64,000 nucleotides of DNA. Origin: Alphaproteobacteria bacterium (lineage in GTDB: Bacteria > Pseudomonadota > Alphaproteobacteria > Caulobacterales > Maricaulaceae). Position numbers and translations under genes: made by a program. The stretch spans positions 19,837 through 83,836 of the forward strand of contig WGNH01000021.1 in assembly GCA_016124665.1 (NCBI GenBank), read 5' to 3'. Positions 37,575 to 46,107 of this stretch are shown piece after piece. The notes beneath the pieces are model-generated. The model was not told the origin of the DNA and ran no database searches. It worked only from the letters and a program-made list of their open reading frames with translations. The first letter of the stretch is position 1; each line of letters opens with the position of its first letter.

Positions 37575-38813
37575 TCAGCTTTTCCGGCGCACGGACAGGA
37601 TGGGCGTGAAAACCGAGATCAGGAGCAGTACCAGGGCCAATCCGGCCATCGGGATGAGGACGGAGTCCCGCGGCCCGAGCGCCGCAACGACAAATCCCAT
37701 CATCGCGGCGCCTGCCGGCATGCCGCCGAACAGGCCGAGCTGATAGACGGACATGATACGAGCCAGCATTTCGGTTGGGGCATTTTCCTGCACGACGGAC
37801 CGGCTGAGCGAGATCGCCACACCCGCGCCCAGCCCCCAGAAGAAGTCGAGGGCATAAAGCCCCGCCAGCGGTATTGGCAGGGCGAGACCGCCCAGGCTGA
37901 TCACCGTCACCAGTTGCGCCAGCATGACGGCACGTCCCGGCCGCTCAATATGACTCATTCTGGCGAGCAGGGCATTGGCGATGAAAGCTCCGGCCCAGAA
38001 AACCACAAGAAGGCTGGACAAGGTGCCATAGCCGGCACCGTAGACATCGCGGACCAGTACCGGAATGACGACGAAAAAAGCGCCACCGACAACGAAGAAT
38101 CCGACGGCAATCATGACGCCGGTCATTGAGCCGATCACGGGCGACTGGAAGACCGTTCTGATGCCTTCCACCAGATCCTGCATGGCGTGCGTTACAGCCG
38201 TCCGTCTTGCCTTCAAGCGCGGCAGCCCGATTGCGGCGAAAACGCCGAGCAGGAAGCCGCCGGCCTGCAGAAAGAGCAGCGGGCCCGGCCCCGTCCACCG
38301 CGCCATATATCCGAAGCCCATGCCGGTGATCTGGCCGGCAAACTGGACCAGCGAAGCAATGACGACGGCTTTCTGCAGAGTGAGCGGCTTGCCCGACCGG
38401 TTGGCGATCTCGACCACGCGATTGATCGCCGAATCCCGCGCCGGAAGAACGAAGGCACCGCAAGACCCAACAGCAATCGCATATATGACGAGCAGCCAAT
38501 AAGTCAGTCTGCCGGATAATAAAAGCGCACCGAGGGACGCGGCAAACAGCGCCGCAAGGGCATAGAACAGGATCAGAATCCGCCGCCGTCCCCGCCGCTC
38601 GGCCAGAACACCCGCGGCGGGCAAGAGCAGCAGCATGGGCGCGGTGAGGGCCATCTGGGCCAGCCCCAGGCGCTCAGGCGATTCCTGGAGAGTGAAATAG
38701 ACGACGCCCGGAAACAGCGTGGACTGCAGTCCGAATCCGAAAAACCATCCGGCAACGATTACCAGATATGCGGCAAAGGGTGCCGGACTTTTTCGAGATT
38801 CCACTTTTGCCAT
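37575..38813 (-). CDS. MFS transporter
   Basis: 412 aa, ~12 TM segments, with a loop motif LAERRGRRRIL between TM2 and TM3. Confidence 0.88.
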   Translation of the reverse strand: MAKVESRKSPAPFAAYLVIVAGWFFGFGLQSTLFPGVVYFTLQESPERLGLAQMALTAPMLLLLPAAGVLAERRGRRRILILFYALAALFAASLGALLLSGRLTYWLLVIYAIAVGSCGAFVLPARDSAINRVVEIANRSGKPLTLQKAVVIASLVQFAGQITGMGFGYMARWTGPGPLLFLQAGGFLLGVFAAIGLPRLKARRTAVTHAMQDLVEGIRTVFQSPVIGSMTGVMIAVGFFVVGGAFFVVIPVLVRDVYGAGYGTLSSLLVVFWAGAFIANALLARMSHIERPGRAVMLAQLVTVISLGGLALPIPLAGLYALDFFWGLGAGVAISLSRSVVQENAPTEMLARIMSVYQLGLFGGMPAGAAMMGFVVAALGPRDSVLIPMAGLALVLLLISVFTPILSVRRKS

Positions 38814-38934
38814 TCCGCCCCCCGGCGAAGCCTTGAAGCCGAACTTGGCCAGAGCTGCCTACGGGCGCAAGGCGGTATGGCACCGCACACGCTTGTTTAA
38901 CGCCTTGGCAGGCATTTTCTGACCAACAGGCGAT

Positions 38935-40038
38935 GTGATGAATACACTGGAACCCCTCACCCTGACCCAGACGGCGGCTGAAACGGGCCGTGCCCGCGCC
39001 ACGATGGCGCGGCGGCTGGCGGATATCATCTGTCTGCCCTCCAGCATTATAAGCCCGCAGGAGCGCTGGATTGTGGGCGATCTGCTGTACGAGATTCTGC
39101 GCAACAGCGATGCCCGTATCCGCCGGCGCTGCGCCGAGCGCCTGGCCGAAATCAGCGATGCGCCCGCAAACATCGTCAAGCTGCTGGCAGCCGACGAGAT
39201 CGGGATTGCGTCGCCCCTGCTGGAGGCTTCTGAAGCGCTGTCCGACTTCGACCTCATGGAGATCAGCCGGTTGGGAACGATTGATCACCGCGTGATGATC
39301 TCGACGCGCGAATCAGTTTCGGAGACCGTGACGGCCGCGCTGGCATCGATTGGCGAGCCAGCGGTCGTCACGGCGCTGTTGAAAAACCACAATGCCCGCC
39401 TTGCCCCCCCGACCGTCAATCACATTGTTGCGCTGGCCGAGGACGAATCGCGTTACGTGCCAGCCTTGCTGAAACGGCAGGAATTGCGGCCCCGTTCGGC
39501 CTTGCAGCTGTTCTGGCATTGCGATCATGAACACAGAAAGCAGGTGCTCCAACGGTTTGCGGTTGGCCGCTCGCTGATGATCGAGGCAACGGAAGACGTG
39601 TTTGCCATGGCGGCGGCGGAAAACTGGGCCGACCCGCTGGTCAATCGCGCCCTGAAATTCGTCGACCGGCGGCAACGCAATCGCCAAGCCTCTGATGATT
39701 GCGAATACGGGTCGATGGAAGGACTGATCGCCCAGATCCATGCGCGCGGTGCGGAACCCGGCCTGATCGGCGAGCTGGGTTTGCTGGCCGGCATCAGTGA
39801 TTCGCTTGTGGTCCGCATCTGTTCGGATCCGGGGGGCGAGCCGCTGGCGATCCTTTGCAAGGCGACCGGCGCTGACCGCGATGTCCTGATCCAGTTATGT
39901 GACGGCTTGGGCGGTATCGGTGGTACCGAGGGAGTGCAGCGCGCAAAGACCGTTTTTGACGGACTTTCCGTTGAAAAGGCGCAGACGGTCTTACGCTATT
40001 GGGACTGGGCCAAGGCCGGAGAAGACCGCCGGAAATAA
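38935..40038 (+). CDS. DUF2336 domain-containing protein
   Basis: Helical-repeat protein. The blocks RCAERLAEISDAPANIVKLLAADEIGIASPLLEAS and ...ALLKNHNARL... resemble the second DUF2336 gene at 58855..59940. Confidence 0.7.
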   Translation: MMNTLEPLTLTQTAAETGRARATMARRLADIICLPSSIISPQERWIVGDLLYEILRNSDARIRRRCAERLAEISDAPANIVKLLAADEIGIASPLLEASEALSDFDLMEISRLGTIDHRVMISTRESVSETVTAALASIGEPAVVTALLKNHNARLAPPTVNHIVALAEDESRYVPALLKRQELRPRSALQLFWHCDHEHRKQVLQRFAVGRSLMIEATEDVFAMAAAENWADPLVNRALKFVDRRQRNRQASDDCEYGSMEGLIAQIHARGAEPGLIGELGLLAGISDSLVVRICSDPGGEPLAILCKATGADRDVLIQLCDGLGGIGGTEGVQRAKTVFDGLSVEKAQTVLRYWDWAKAGEDRRK

Positions 40039-40148
40039 CCCCACAAACATTCGTGTGCAGGAATCCGAGTGAAATACTGGCCAAGCCGGATAGGCGTGGT
40101 TAAAAGCCTCCGCATCGGCGCGTTCGCGCCCGGCATGCGGGAGGAAGC

Positions 40149-40631
40149 ATGATTTACGGGGTCAGCCTCAGTCTGGTGCTGGCATTGCTCTGGTGGGTTT
40201 TGTCCGGTTACGACAAAATCACTCTGCTGGCCTTCGGGGCAGTGAGCGTTGTGATTGCCATGGTGCTTGTGCTGCGCATGCGGATTCTCGATCGCGAGAC
40301 CGTTCCGTTCATGCGACTCCACACGCTGATCCCCTATTATATCTGGCTGGGCAGCGAGATCGCGAAAGCCAACATGGCCGTGGTCAAGGCGTCGCTGAAG
40401 CCGGAGATCGATATCACGCCGCGTCTGGTCCGGGTCCCGGTGAAGGCCGAATCCGATCTGGCACGGTGTGTCTTTGCAAACTCGATCACGCTGACCCCGG
40501 GCACGGTGACCGTCGAGGTCGAGGAGGACGCCTTTCTGGTCCATGCGCTGGATGCATCCTTTACCGCGCCTGAGGGTTTTGCCGAGATGAATCTTTATTC
40601 CGCCCGCGCCACCGACGGAGATGCAAAATGA
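40149..40631 (+). CDS. mrpE: Na+/H+ antiporter subunit E (MrpE/MnhE)
   Basis: ANSITLTPGTVTV motif; 160 aa. Confidence 0.88.
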   Translation: MIYGVSLSLVLALLWWVLSGYDKITLLAFGAVSVVIAMVLVLRMRILDRETVPFMRLHTLIPYYIWLGSEIAKANMAVVKASLKPEIDITPRLVRVPVKAESDLARCVFANSITLTPGTVTVEVEEDAFLVHALDASFTAPEGFAEMNLYSARATDGDAK

Positions 40632-40945
40632 TGGAGTGGGCCAATCTGGGTGCGGCTCTGGCGATGGCGCTGGCCATGGCCATCATGCTGGGACGCCTGT
40701 TTGCCGGTCCGTCGCTTTATGACCGCGTGCTGGCCGCCAATTCCTTCGGCACCAAGACCGTCCTCTTATTGCTCATTTTCAGCCTGCTTGTCGGCCGTGC
40801 GGACGGGGTGGATATCGCGCTGCTTTATGCATTGATCAACTTCATTGCGACCATCGCCATCCTGAAATTCTTCCGCTACCGCTCCCTTGAAATTGCGCTT
40901 GCGCAAATGTCGCTCCGCCGCGCCATTGATGGGGATGATGACTGA
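40628..40945 (+). CDS. mrpF: cation:proton antiporter subunit F (MrpF/MnhF)
   Basis: 105 aa, 3 TM segments, GPSLYDRVLAANSFGTKTV. Overlaps mrpE. Confidence 0.85.
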   Translation: MMEWANLGAALAMALAMAIMLGRLFAGPSLYDRVLAANSFGTKTVLLLLIFSLLVGRADGVDIALLYALINFIATIAILKFFRYRSLEIALAQMSLRRAIDGDDD

Positions 40946-41304
40946 TGGATATTCTGCTTCTGATCCGCGATTTCGCCAGTATCGCCCTGATGGCGGTCGG
41001 CGTCATTTTTGTCCTCGCAGGGGCGATCGGTGTCGTGCGTTTGCCTGATTTCTACACACGCATGCACGCGGCGGGCGTGACCGATACGCTGGGCGCGGAA
41101 ATGATCGTGCTGGCGCTGATGCTGCAGGCTGGCTTTACACTATTGTCGGCGAAATTGTTGCTGGTCGGCTTCATCCTTTTCCTGACCAGCCCGACTGCAA
41201 CGCATGCTGTCGCCAATGCGGCGCATCGCGCCGGGCTCAATCCGCTGTTGTCCCGGCACCAGCCGCCGCATCCCCGCGATGCTGAATCAGGGGAGAAGCC
41301 GTGA
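40945..41304 (+). CDS. mrpG: cation:proton antiporter subunit G (MrpG/MnhG)
   Basis: GAIGVVRLPDFYTRMHAAGVTDTLG. Confidence 0.88.
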   Translation: MDILLLIRDFASIALMAVGVIFVLAGAIGVVRLPDFYTRMHAAGVTDTLGAEMIVLALMLQAGFTLLSAKLLLVGFILFLTSPTATHAVANAAHRAGLNPLLSRHQPPHPRDAESGEKP

Positions 41305-41864
41305 CCGAATTCGATTGGACCCAGCTGCTCGATTATGCGCTGATGGGCATGTTGCTGGCGGTCGGCATTGCCATTGTCCGCCTGAGAAACCTGTTTGCCG
41401 CTGTGATGTTGATGGGCGTTTACAGCCTGCTGTCGGCTGCCTGGTTCGTGACGCTGGACGCGGTCGATGTGGCGTTTACCGAAGCGGCCGTCGGTGCCGG
41501 TATTTCCACGGTCCTGATGCTCGCGGCAATGTTGCTGACAGCGCGCGAGGCCGAGCCGGTGAAAGCCATCCGGCACTGGGCAGCACTGATCGTGGTGTCG
41601 GTGGCGGGGGCCGCATTATTCTATGCGGTTGGTGACATGCCGGTCTATGGCGATCCCAATTCACCCGCGAATTCCTATGTCGGCATGGCTTATATCACAT
41701 CAACACCCAACGAAATTGCCATTCCCAATGTCGTGACAGCCGTTCTGGCCAGCTATCGCGGCTTTGATACCTTCGGCGAAACCGTCGTGATTTTTGCCGC
41801 CGGGCTTGGCGTGATGCTGCTTCTGGGACTGAATTCCGGAAAGAAGAAGGGAGATGAGGAATGA
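41301..41864 (+). CDS. DUF4040 domain protein (MrpA C-terminal-domain / MbhD-like subunit)
   Basis: LDAVDVAFTEAAVGAGISTVL and ...YRGFDTFGETVVIF. Confidence 0.8.
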   Translation: MTEFDWTQLLDYALMGMLLAVGIAIVRLRNLFAAVMLMGVYSLLSAAWFVTLDAVDVAFTEAAVGAGISTVLMLAAMLLTAREAEPVKAIRHWAALIVVSVAGAALFYAVGDMPVYGDPNSPANSYVGMAYITSTPNEIAIPNVVTAVLASYRGFDTFGETVVIFAAGLGVMLLLGLNSGKKKGDEE

Positions 41865-42304
41865 CCCCGCATCTGGTCCTTCGTGTCGTTTCCAAGCTGT
41901 TGATTCCACTGATTGTCGTCTTCGGGCTCTATGTCCATTTCCATGGCGATTACAGTCCGGGCGGCGGCTTCCAGGCCGGCGTGATTGTTGCGGCTGCCGT
42001 TATTCTCTATGCGCTGATTTTCGGGATCGACAGCGCCAAGCGCGCGGTGCCGACCTGGTTTGTAAAATTCATGGCGGCCCTGGGCGTGTTGCTGTTTGGC
42101 GGCACAGGTGTGGCCTCCCTTATCCTCGGCGCCAATTTCCTCGATTATGATGTTCTGCATCCGGATCTGGCGCACCATACCGGCCAGCATATCGGGATCA
42201 TTCTGGTCGAGCTGGGCGTTCTTTCCACCGTGTTCTCGGTGATGATGGCCATTTTCTATGCCTTTGCCGGCCGCGCGCCGGACATTCCGGAAGGAGAATG
42301 GTGA
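41861..42304 (+). CDS. mrpB: Na+/H+ antiporter subunit B (MnhB domain)
   Basis: HGDYSPGGGFQAGVIVAAAVILYAL. Confidence 0.85.
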   Translation: MTPHLVLRVVSKLLIPLIVVFGLYVHFHGDYSPGGGFQAGVIVAAAVILYALIFGIDSAKRAVPTWFVKFMAALGVLLFGGTGVASLILGANFLDYDVLHPDLAHHTGQHIGIILVELGVLSTVFSVMMAIFYAFAGRAPDIPEGEW

Positions 42305-42801
42305 TGATCGAGCTCGTTGCCGAACGATTCAATTTCATCATCGTCATCATCCTGATGATGACCGGCCTGTATGCGGTTGTCGCGACCGGAAACCTCGTCA
42401 AACGGCTTGTTGGCCTGTCGCTGTTCCAGACCTCGGTCTTCCTGCTGTACATCACGATCGGCAAGGTGTTCGGCGGGCAACCGCCCATTCTGCCGGAATA
42501 TTCCGGCGGGTATGACAGCGGTAGCTCTTATGACGGAGAGGCTGCTCTTGCGGCAGGACACGGGGCCGAGGCCGCCGGAAGCGCAGTGCCGCAGGGCGAA
42601 GCCGTGCAGCAAACGGCGGAAGCCATCTATTCCAATCCGTTGCCGCATGTGCTGATCCTGACCGCGATCGTGGTAGGCGTAGCCACCCTGGCTGTCGGTC
42701 TCGCCCTTGTTGTGCGGATCCGTGAAACCTATGGCACGATCGAGGATGAGGCCATCAATCAGGCGGATTATGCCGTTGAGAACGCTAGGAGAAACGCCTG
42801 A
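42298..42801 (+). CDS. mrpC: cation:proton antiporter subunit C (NuoK-like), with a ~55-aa low-complexity insertion
   Basis: LMMTGLYAVVATGNLVKRLVGLSLFQTSVFLLYI and the C-terminal helix PLPHVLILTAIVVGVATLAVGLALV. The Gly/Ser/Ala/Glu-rich insert lies between them. Confidence 0.8.
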   Translation: MVMIELVAERFNFIIVIILMMTGLYAVVATGNLVKRLVGLSLFQTSVFLLYITIGKVFGGQPPILPEYSGGYDSGSSYDGEAALAAGHGAEAAGSAVPQGEAVQQTAEAIYSNPLPHVLILTAIVVGVATLAVGLALVVRIRETYGTIEDEAINQADYAVENARRNA

Positions 42802-44330
42802 TGGAGTTTCTGGCTTCGCTGATTCCGCCATCCCTGTCGGCGCATGCGCCTGCGGTTATCGTTGTGACGCCGCTGTTGATGGCGGCGGTGGCCGCGCTGA
42901 TGCCGAATGGACGGCTGGGCTGGGCTGTCACGCTGATTTCAACCGCGTTTGCCGCCCTTCTGGCGCTCTCTCTTATCGTGGATGTTCAGTCCGCAGGCGT
43001 GATTTCCTATGCGATGGGCGGATGGGCGCCGCCGGCCGGGATTGAATTCCGCATTGATGCGTTGAATGCCGTTCTGCTGCTGGTGATTGCCGCGCTCGGC
43101 CTGCTCAGCGTGATCTATGCGCTGCCAAGCGTCGCCGACGAGATTGCGGAGGACCGGCAAGCCCTGTTCTATTCCGCCTTCCTGGTGTGTTTTGCCGGAC
43201 TCGTGGGGGTTGCGATTACCGGCGATGCCTTCAACATGTTCGTGTTTCTCGAGATTTCGTCGATCTCGACCTATGTGCTCGTCGGGATGGGGGCGAGCCA
43301 TGACCGCCGGGCACTGACCGCTGCGTATAATTATCTCGTGCTCGGAACGATCGGCGCAACCTTCTTCGTGATCGGCGTCGGCTTCCTCTACATGGCCACC
43401 GGCACGCTGAACATGGCCGATATGGCGTCACGCCTTCCAGACCTGTCCGACAGCCGCGTGGTGCAGGCCGCATTTGCCTTCATCATCGTCGGGCTGGGGC
43501 TGAAGGCCGCCATGTTCCCGCTGCATCTCTGGCTGCCCAACGCCTATGCCTACGCGCCGAATTTCGTCACATCCTTTCTGGCATCGACGGCCACGAAAGT
43601 GGCTTTCTACACGCTGGTGCGATTCCTGTTCGACGTGTTCTGGCCGGAAGCGCCTTTTGTGGCGGTCAGCTTCCTCTGGGTGTTCGCCATCCTTGGCATA
43701 GTCGGCATGATCGTGGCTTCGGTTCAGGCCGTCTTCCAGGATGATGCAAGGCGGCTGCTGGCGTTTTCCTCCGTGGCGCAGGTCGGTTACATGATGCTGG
43801 GGCTCGGCATCGGCACGGCCGCGGGCGTCTCGGCAGGCATGCTGCACCTGGTCAATCATGCGATGATGAAAGGTGCTTTGTTCATGGCGCTGGGGGCCTT
43901 TGCCATCCGCTTCGGAATCCGCCGGATCTCCGACCTCAACGGATTTGCCCAGTCCATGCCGTTTACCTCCATCGCCTTTACCATTGCGGGTCTCAGCCTG
44001 GTCGGCGTGCCGATGACGGTCGGCTTCTGGTCGAAATGGTATCTCGGCGTTGCGGCGCTTGAAAACGGCTGGTGGTGGGCTGTTGCCGCGCTGATCCTGT
44101 CGTCGCTGATCGCGCTGGCCTATGTCGCGCGCATGCTCGCCGCGATCTGGGTGGCGGAACCCCATCATGACAAGGCCGGGGCGATCGCCCATGCGCGCGC
44201 GCCATGGCTGATGCTGGGGCCGCTCTGGGTGCTGGCGATTGCCAATATCTGGTTCTTCTTCCAGCCCGACTTCCTGGTGTCGCTGACGAATGCGGCGGCG
44301 GAAGCCGCCTTGTCGGGAGCCACACGATGA
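42801..44330 (+). CDS. mrpD: monovalent cation/H+ antiporter subunit D family protein (NuoN/M-like), copy 1
   Basis: 509 aa polytopic protein. LHLWLPNAYAYAP and SSVAQVGYMMLGLG are proton-pumping antiporter-subunit motifs. Confidence 0.88.
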   Translation: MEFLASLIPPSLSAHAPAVIVVTPLLMAAVAALMPNGRLGWAVTLISTAFAALLALSLIVDVQSAGVISYAMGGWAPPAGIEFRIDALNAVLLLVIAALGLLSVIYALPSVADEIAEDRQALFYSAFLVCFAGLVGVAITGDAFNMFVFLEISSISTYVLVGMGASHDRRALTAAYNYLVLGTIGATFFVIGVGFLYMATGTLNMADMASRLPDLSDSRVVQAAFAFIIVGLGLKAAMFPLHLWLPNAYAYAPNFVTSFLASTATKVAFYTLVRFLFDVFWPEAPFVAVSFLWVFAILGIVGMIVASVQAVFQDDARRLLAFSSVAQVGYMMLGLGIGTAAGVSAGMLHLVNHAMMKGALFMALGAFAIRFGIRRISDLNGFAQSMPFTSIAFTIAGLSLVGVPMTVGFWSKWYLGVAALENGWWWAVAALILSSLIALAYVARMLAAIWVAEPHHDKAGAIAHARAPWLMLGPLWVLAIANIWFFFQPDFLVSLTNAAAEAALSGATR

Positions 44331-45787
44331 GCTGGACGCCTGAAGTAGCGATGATAGCAGCCCTGCTTATCCCGCTGATCGGCGGGGTGTTTGTCGGTCT
44401 GCTGGGCAAATATCCGAATCTGCGCGAGGGCGCGACGCTGACGGCGGCGGTCCTGCTGGCGCTGAATGTGGCCTATCTGGTTTCGGTGACCGGTGCGCGT
44501 CCGGAGCTGATCTACGAGATCGGCTCGACCGGTCTGTCCTTCGGCCTGAAGCTGGAGCCGCTGGGCGCGCTGTTTGCCGCGGTCGCGAGCGGGCTGTGGA
44601 TCGTCAACTCGCTTTATTCGATCGGCTATATGCGCGGGAACAAGGAAAAGCACCAGACCCGCTTTTTCGTGTTTTTCACCATCGCAATTGCCTGCGCCAT
44701 GGGCGTGGCGCTCGCGTCCAACCTGTTGACCATGTTCCTCTTCTATGAGGCGCTGACGCTGTCGACCTATCCGCTGGTCGCCCACAAGGGTGACGACAAG
44801 GCGCGGCGCGGCGCGGCCATCTATCTGGCCATCCTGCTGGGAACCTCCATCGGATTGCTGCTGCCGGCGATTATTGCCACGCAATTCATTGCCGGATCGA
44901 CCGACTTCACGGTGGGCGGATTGCTGAATGGCGAGGCCTCGCCGCTGGTGGCCAGCGTGCTGCTCGTCCTCTTTGCCTTCGGTATCGGCAAGGCCGCCCT
45001 GATGCCGGTCCACCCCTGGCTGCCGAATGCGATGGTGGCCCCGACACCGGTGTCCGCCCTGCTGCACGCGGTCGCGGTGGTGAAGGCGGGCGTGTTCGCG
45101 ATCCTCAAGGTCAGCACCTATATTTTCGGGCCGGAGCTCATCGAGTCCGCCCCGGCGTCGGACTGGCTGGCCTGGGTTGCGGCGATTTCCATCGTGCTGG
45201 CCTCGATCATTGCGATGTCGAGCAATAATCTCAAACGCCGGCTGGCCTTCTCGACGGTGAGCCAGCTGTCCTATGTCACGCTCGGCGCGATGATCGCCGC
45301 GCCGCTGGCGCTGCTGGGCGCGGCCCTGCAGATCGTCATGCATGCTTGGGGCAAGATCACGCTCTTCATGTGCGCCGGTGCGATCTACACGGCCAGCAAG
45401 AAGACCGAGATTTCCGACATGCGCGGCCTCGGCCGGCTGATGCCCTGGACCTTCGGGGCGTTTGCGGTGGGAGCGTTCGCGATTATCGGCCTGCCGCCCT
45501 TTGGCGGGATGTGGCCGAAACTCTATCTGATGATGGGCGCGGCCAGCACCGGCCAGCTGGCGTTGATCGGCGCGCTGATCCTGTCCTCGATCCTGAATGT
45601 GGCCTATCTGCTGCCGATTCCCGGCCGCGGCTTCTTTGACCCCGCGCCGAAGGACGCCCTGAAACAGCGCGCCCCGATGCTGGTGGTGTTGCCGCCGGTC
45701 ATGACCGCGGCGGGCGTCACCGTGCTGTTTTTCCTGATCGGACCCCTGACTGAATTCCTGGCCCCCGTCTTCGGGGTGGAGCTTTAA
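44327..45787 (+). CDS. proton-conducting transporter membrane subunit (MrpD/NuoM-like), copy 2
   Basis: Start chosen at MSWTPEVAMIAALL (ATGA overlap with copy 1). Contains VHPWLPNAMVAPTPVSALLHA and STVSQLSYVTLG. Confidence 0.88.
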   Translation: MSWTPEVAMIAALLIPLIGGVFVGLLGKYPNLREGATLTAAVLLALNVAYLVSVTGARPELIYEIGSTGLSFGLKLEPLGALFAAVASGLWIVNSLYSIGYMRGNKEKHQTRFFVFFTIAIACAMGVALASNLLTMFLFYEALTLSTYPLVAHKGDDKARRGAAIYLAILLGTSIGLLLPAIIATQFIAGSTDFTVGGLLNGEASPLVASVLLVLFAFGIGKAALMPVHPWLPNAMVAPTPVSALLHAVAVVKAGVFAILKVSTYIFGPELIESAPASDWLAWVAAISIVLASIIAMSSNNLKRRLAFSTVSQLSYVTLGAMIAAPLALLGAALQIVMHAWGKITLFMCAGAIYTASKKTEISDMRGLGRLMPWTFGAFAVGAFAIIGLPPFGGMWPKLYLMMGAASTGQLALIGALILSSILNVAYLLPIPGRGFFDPAPKDALKQRAPMLVVLPPVMTAAGVTVLFFLIGPLTEFLAPVFGVEL

Positions 45788-45789
45788 GA

Positions 45790-46107
45790 ATGACCGACGA
45801 TTCCAAAACCTCCCATCCGGCCGGTTCCGATGAGGGAGTTCACCCCGCCGCAAAGCCTTTCCTGTGGCTGGATCATCCGGTCACGAAAGCCGCGCCGTTC
45901 TGGATTTTCGGAATTGCGGCGCTCAGCCTGCTGGTGGTCGAGGCCTTCAACCCGCTGCACGCGGTGTCGAAATGGGATGATGTCTTCGGCTTCTATGAAA
46001 TAGAGGGCTTTGTCGGCTTCTGTCTGGCGGTGCTGGCCGGATGGCCGCTGCGCCGTCTGCTGGGCCGGCCGGAAAATTATTACGATCAGGAGGGTGATCA
46101 TGACTGA
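45790..46107 (+). CDS. hypothetical small membrane protein embedded in the Mrp-like operon
   Basis: 105 aa with two hydrophobic segments (FWIFGIAALSLLVVEAF; FVGFCLAVLAGWPL). Starts 3 nt after copy 2 and overlaps the copy 3 start by 8 nt. Confidence 0.6.
   Translation: MTDDSKTSHPAGSDEGVHPAAKPFLWLDHPVTKAAPFWIFGIAALSLLVVEAFNPLHAVSKWDDVFGFYEIEGFVGFCLAVLAGWPLRRLLGRPENYYDQEGDHD

Noticed and set aside
44165-45853. 562-aa minus-strand ORF
   Set aside because: It is antisense to the second MrpD-like gene. It is extremely Arg/Gly/His/Gln-rich with no hydrophobic core or motif.
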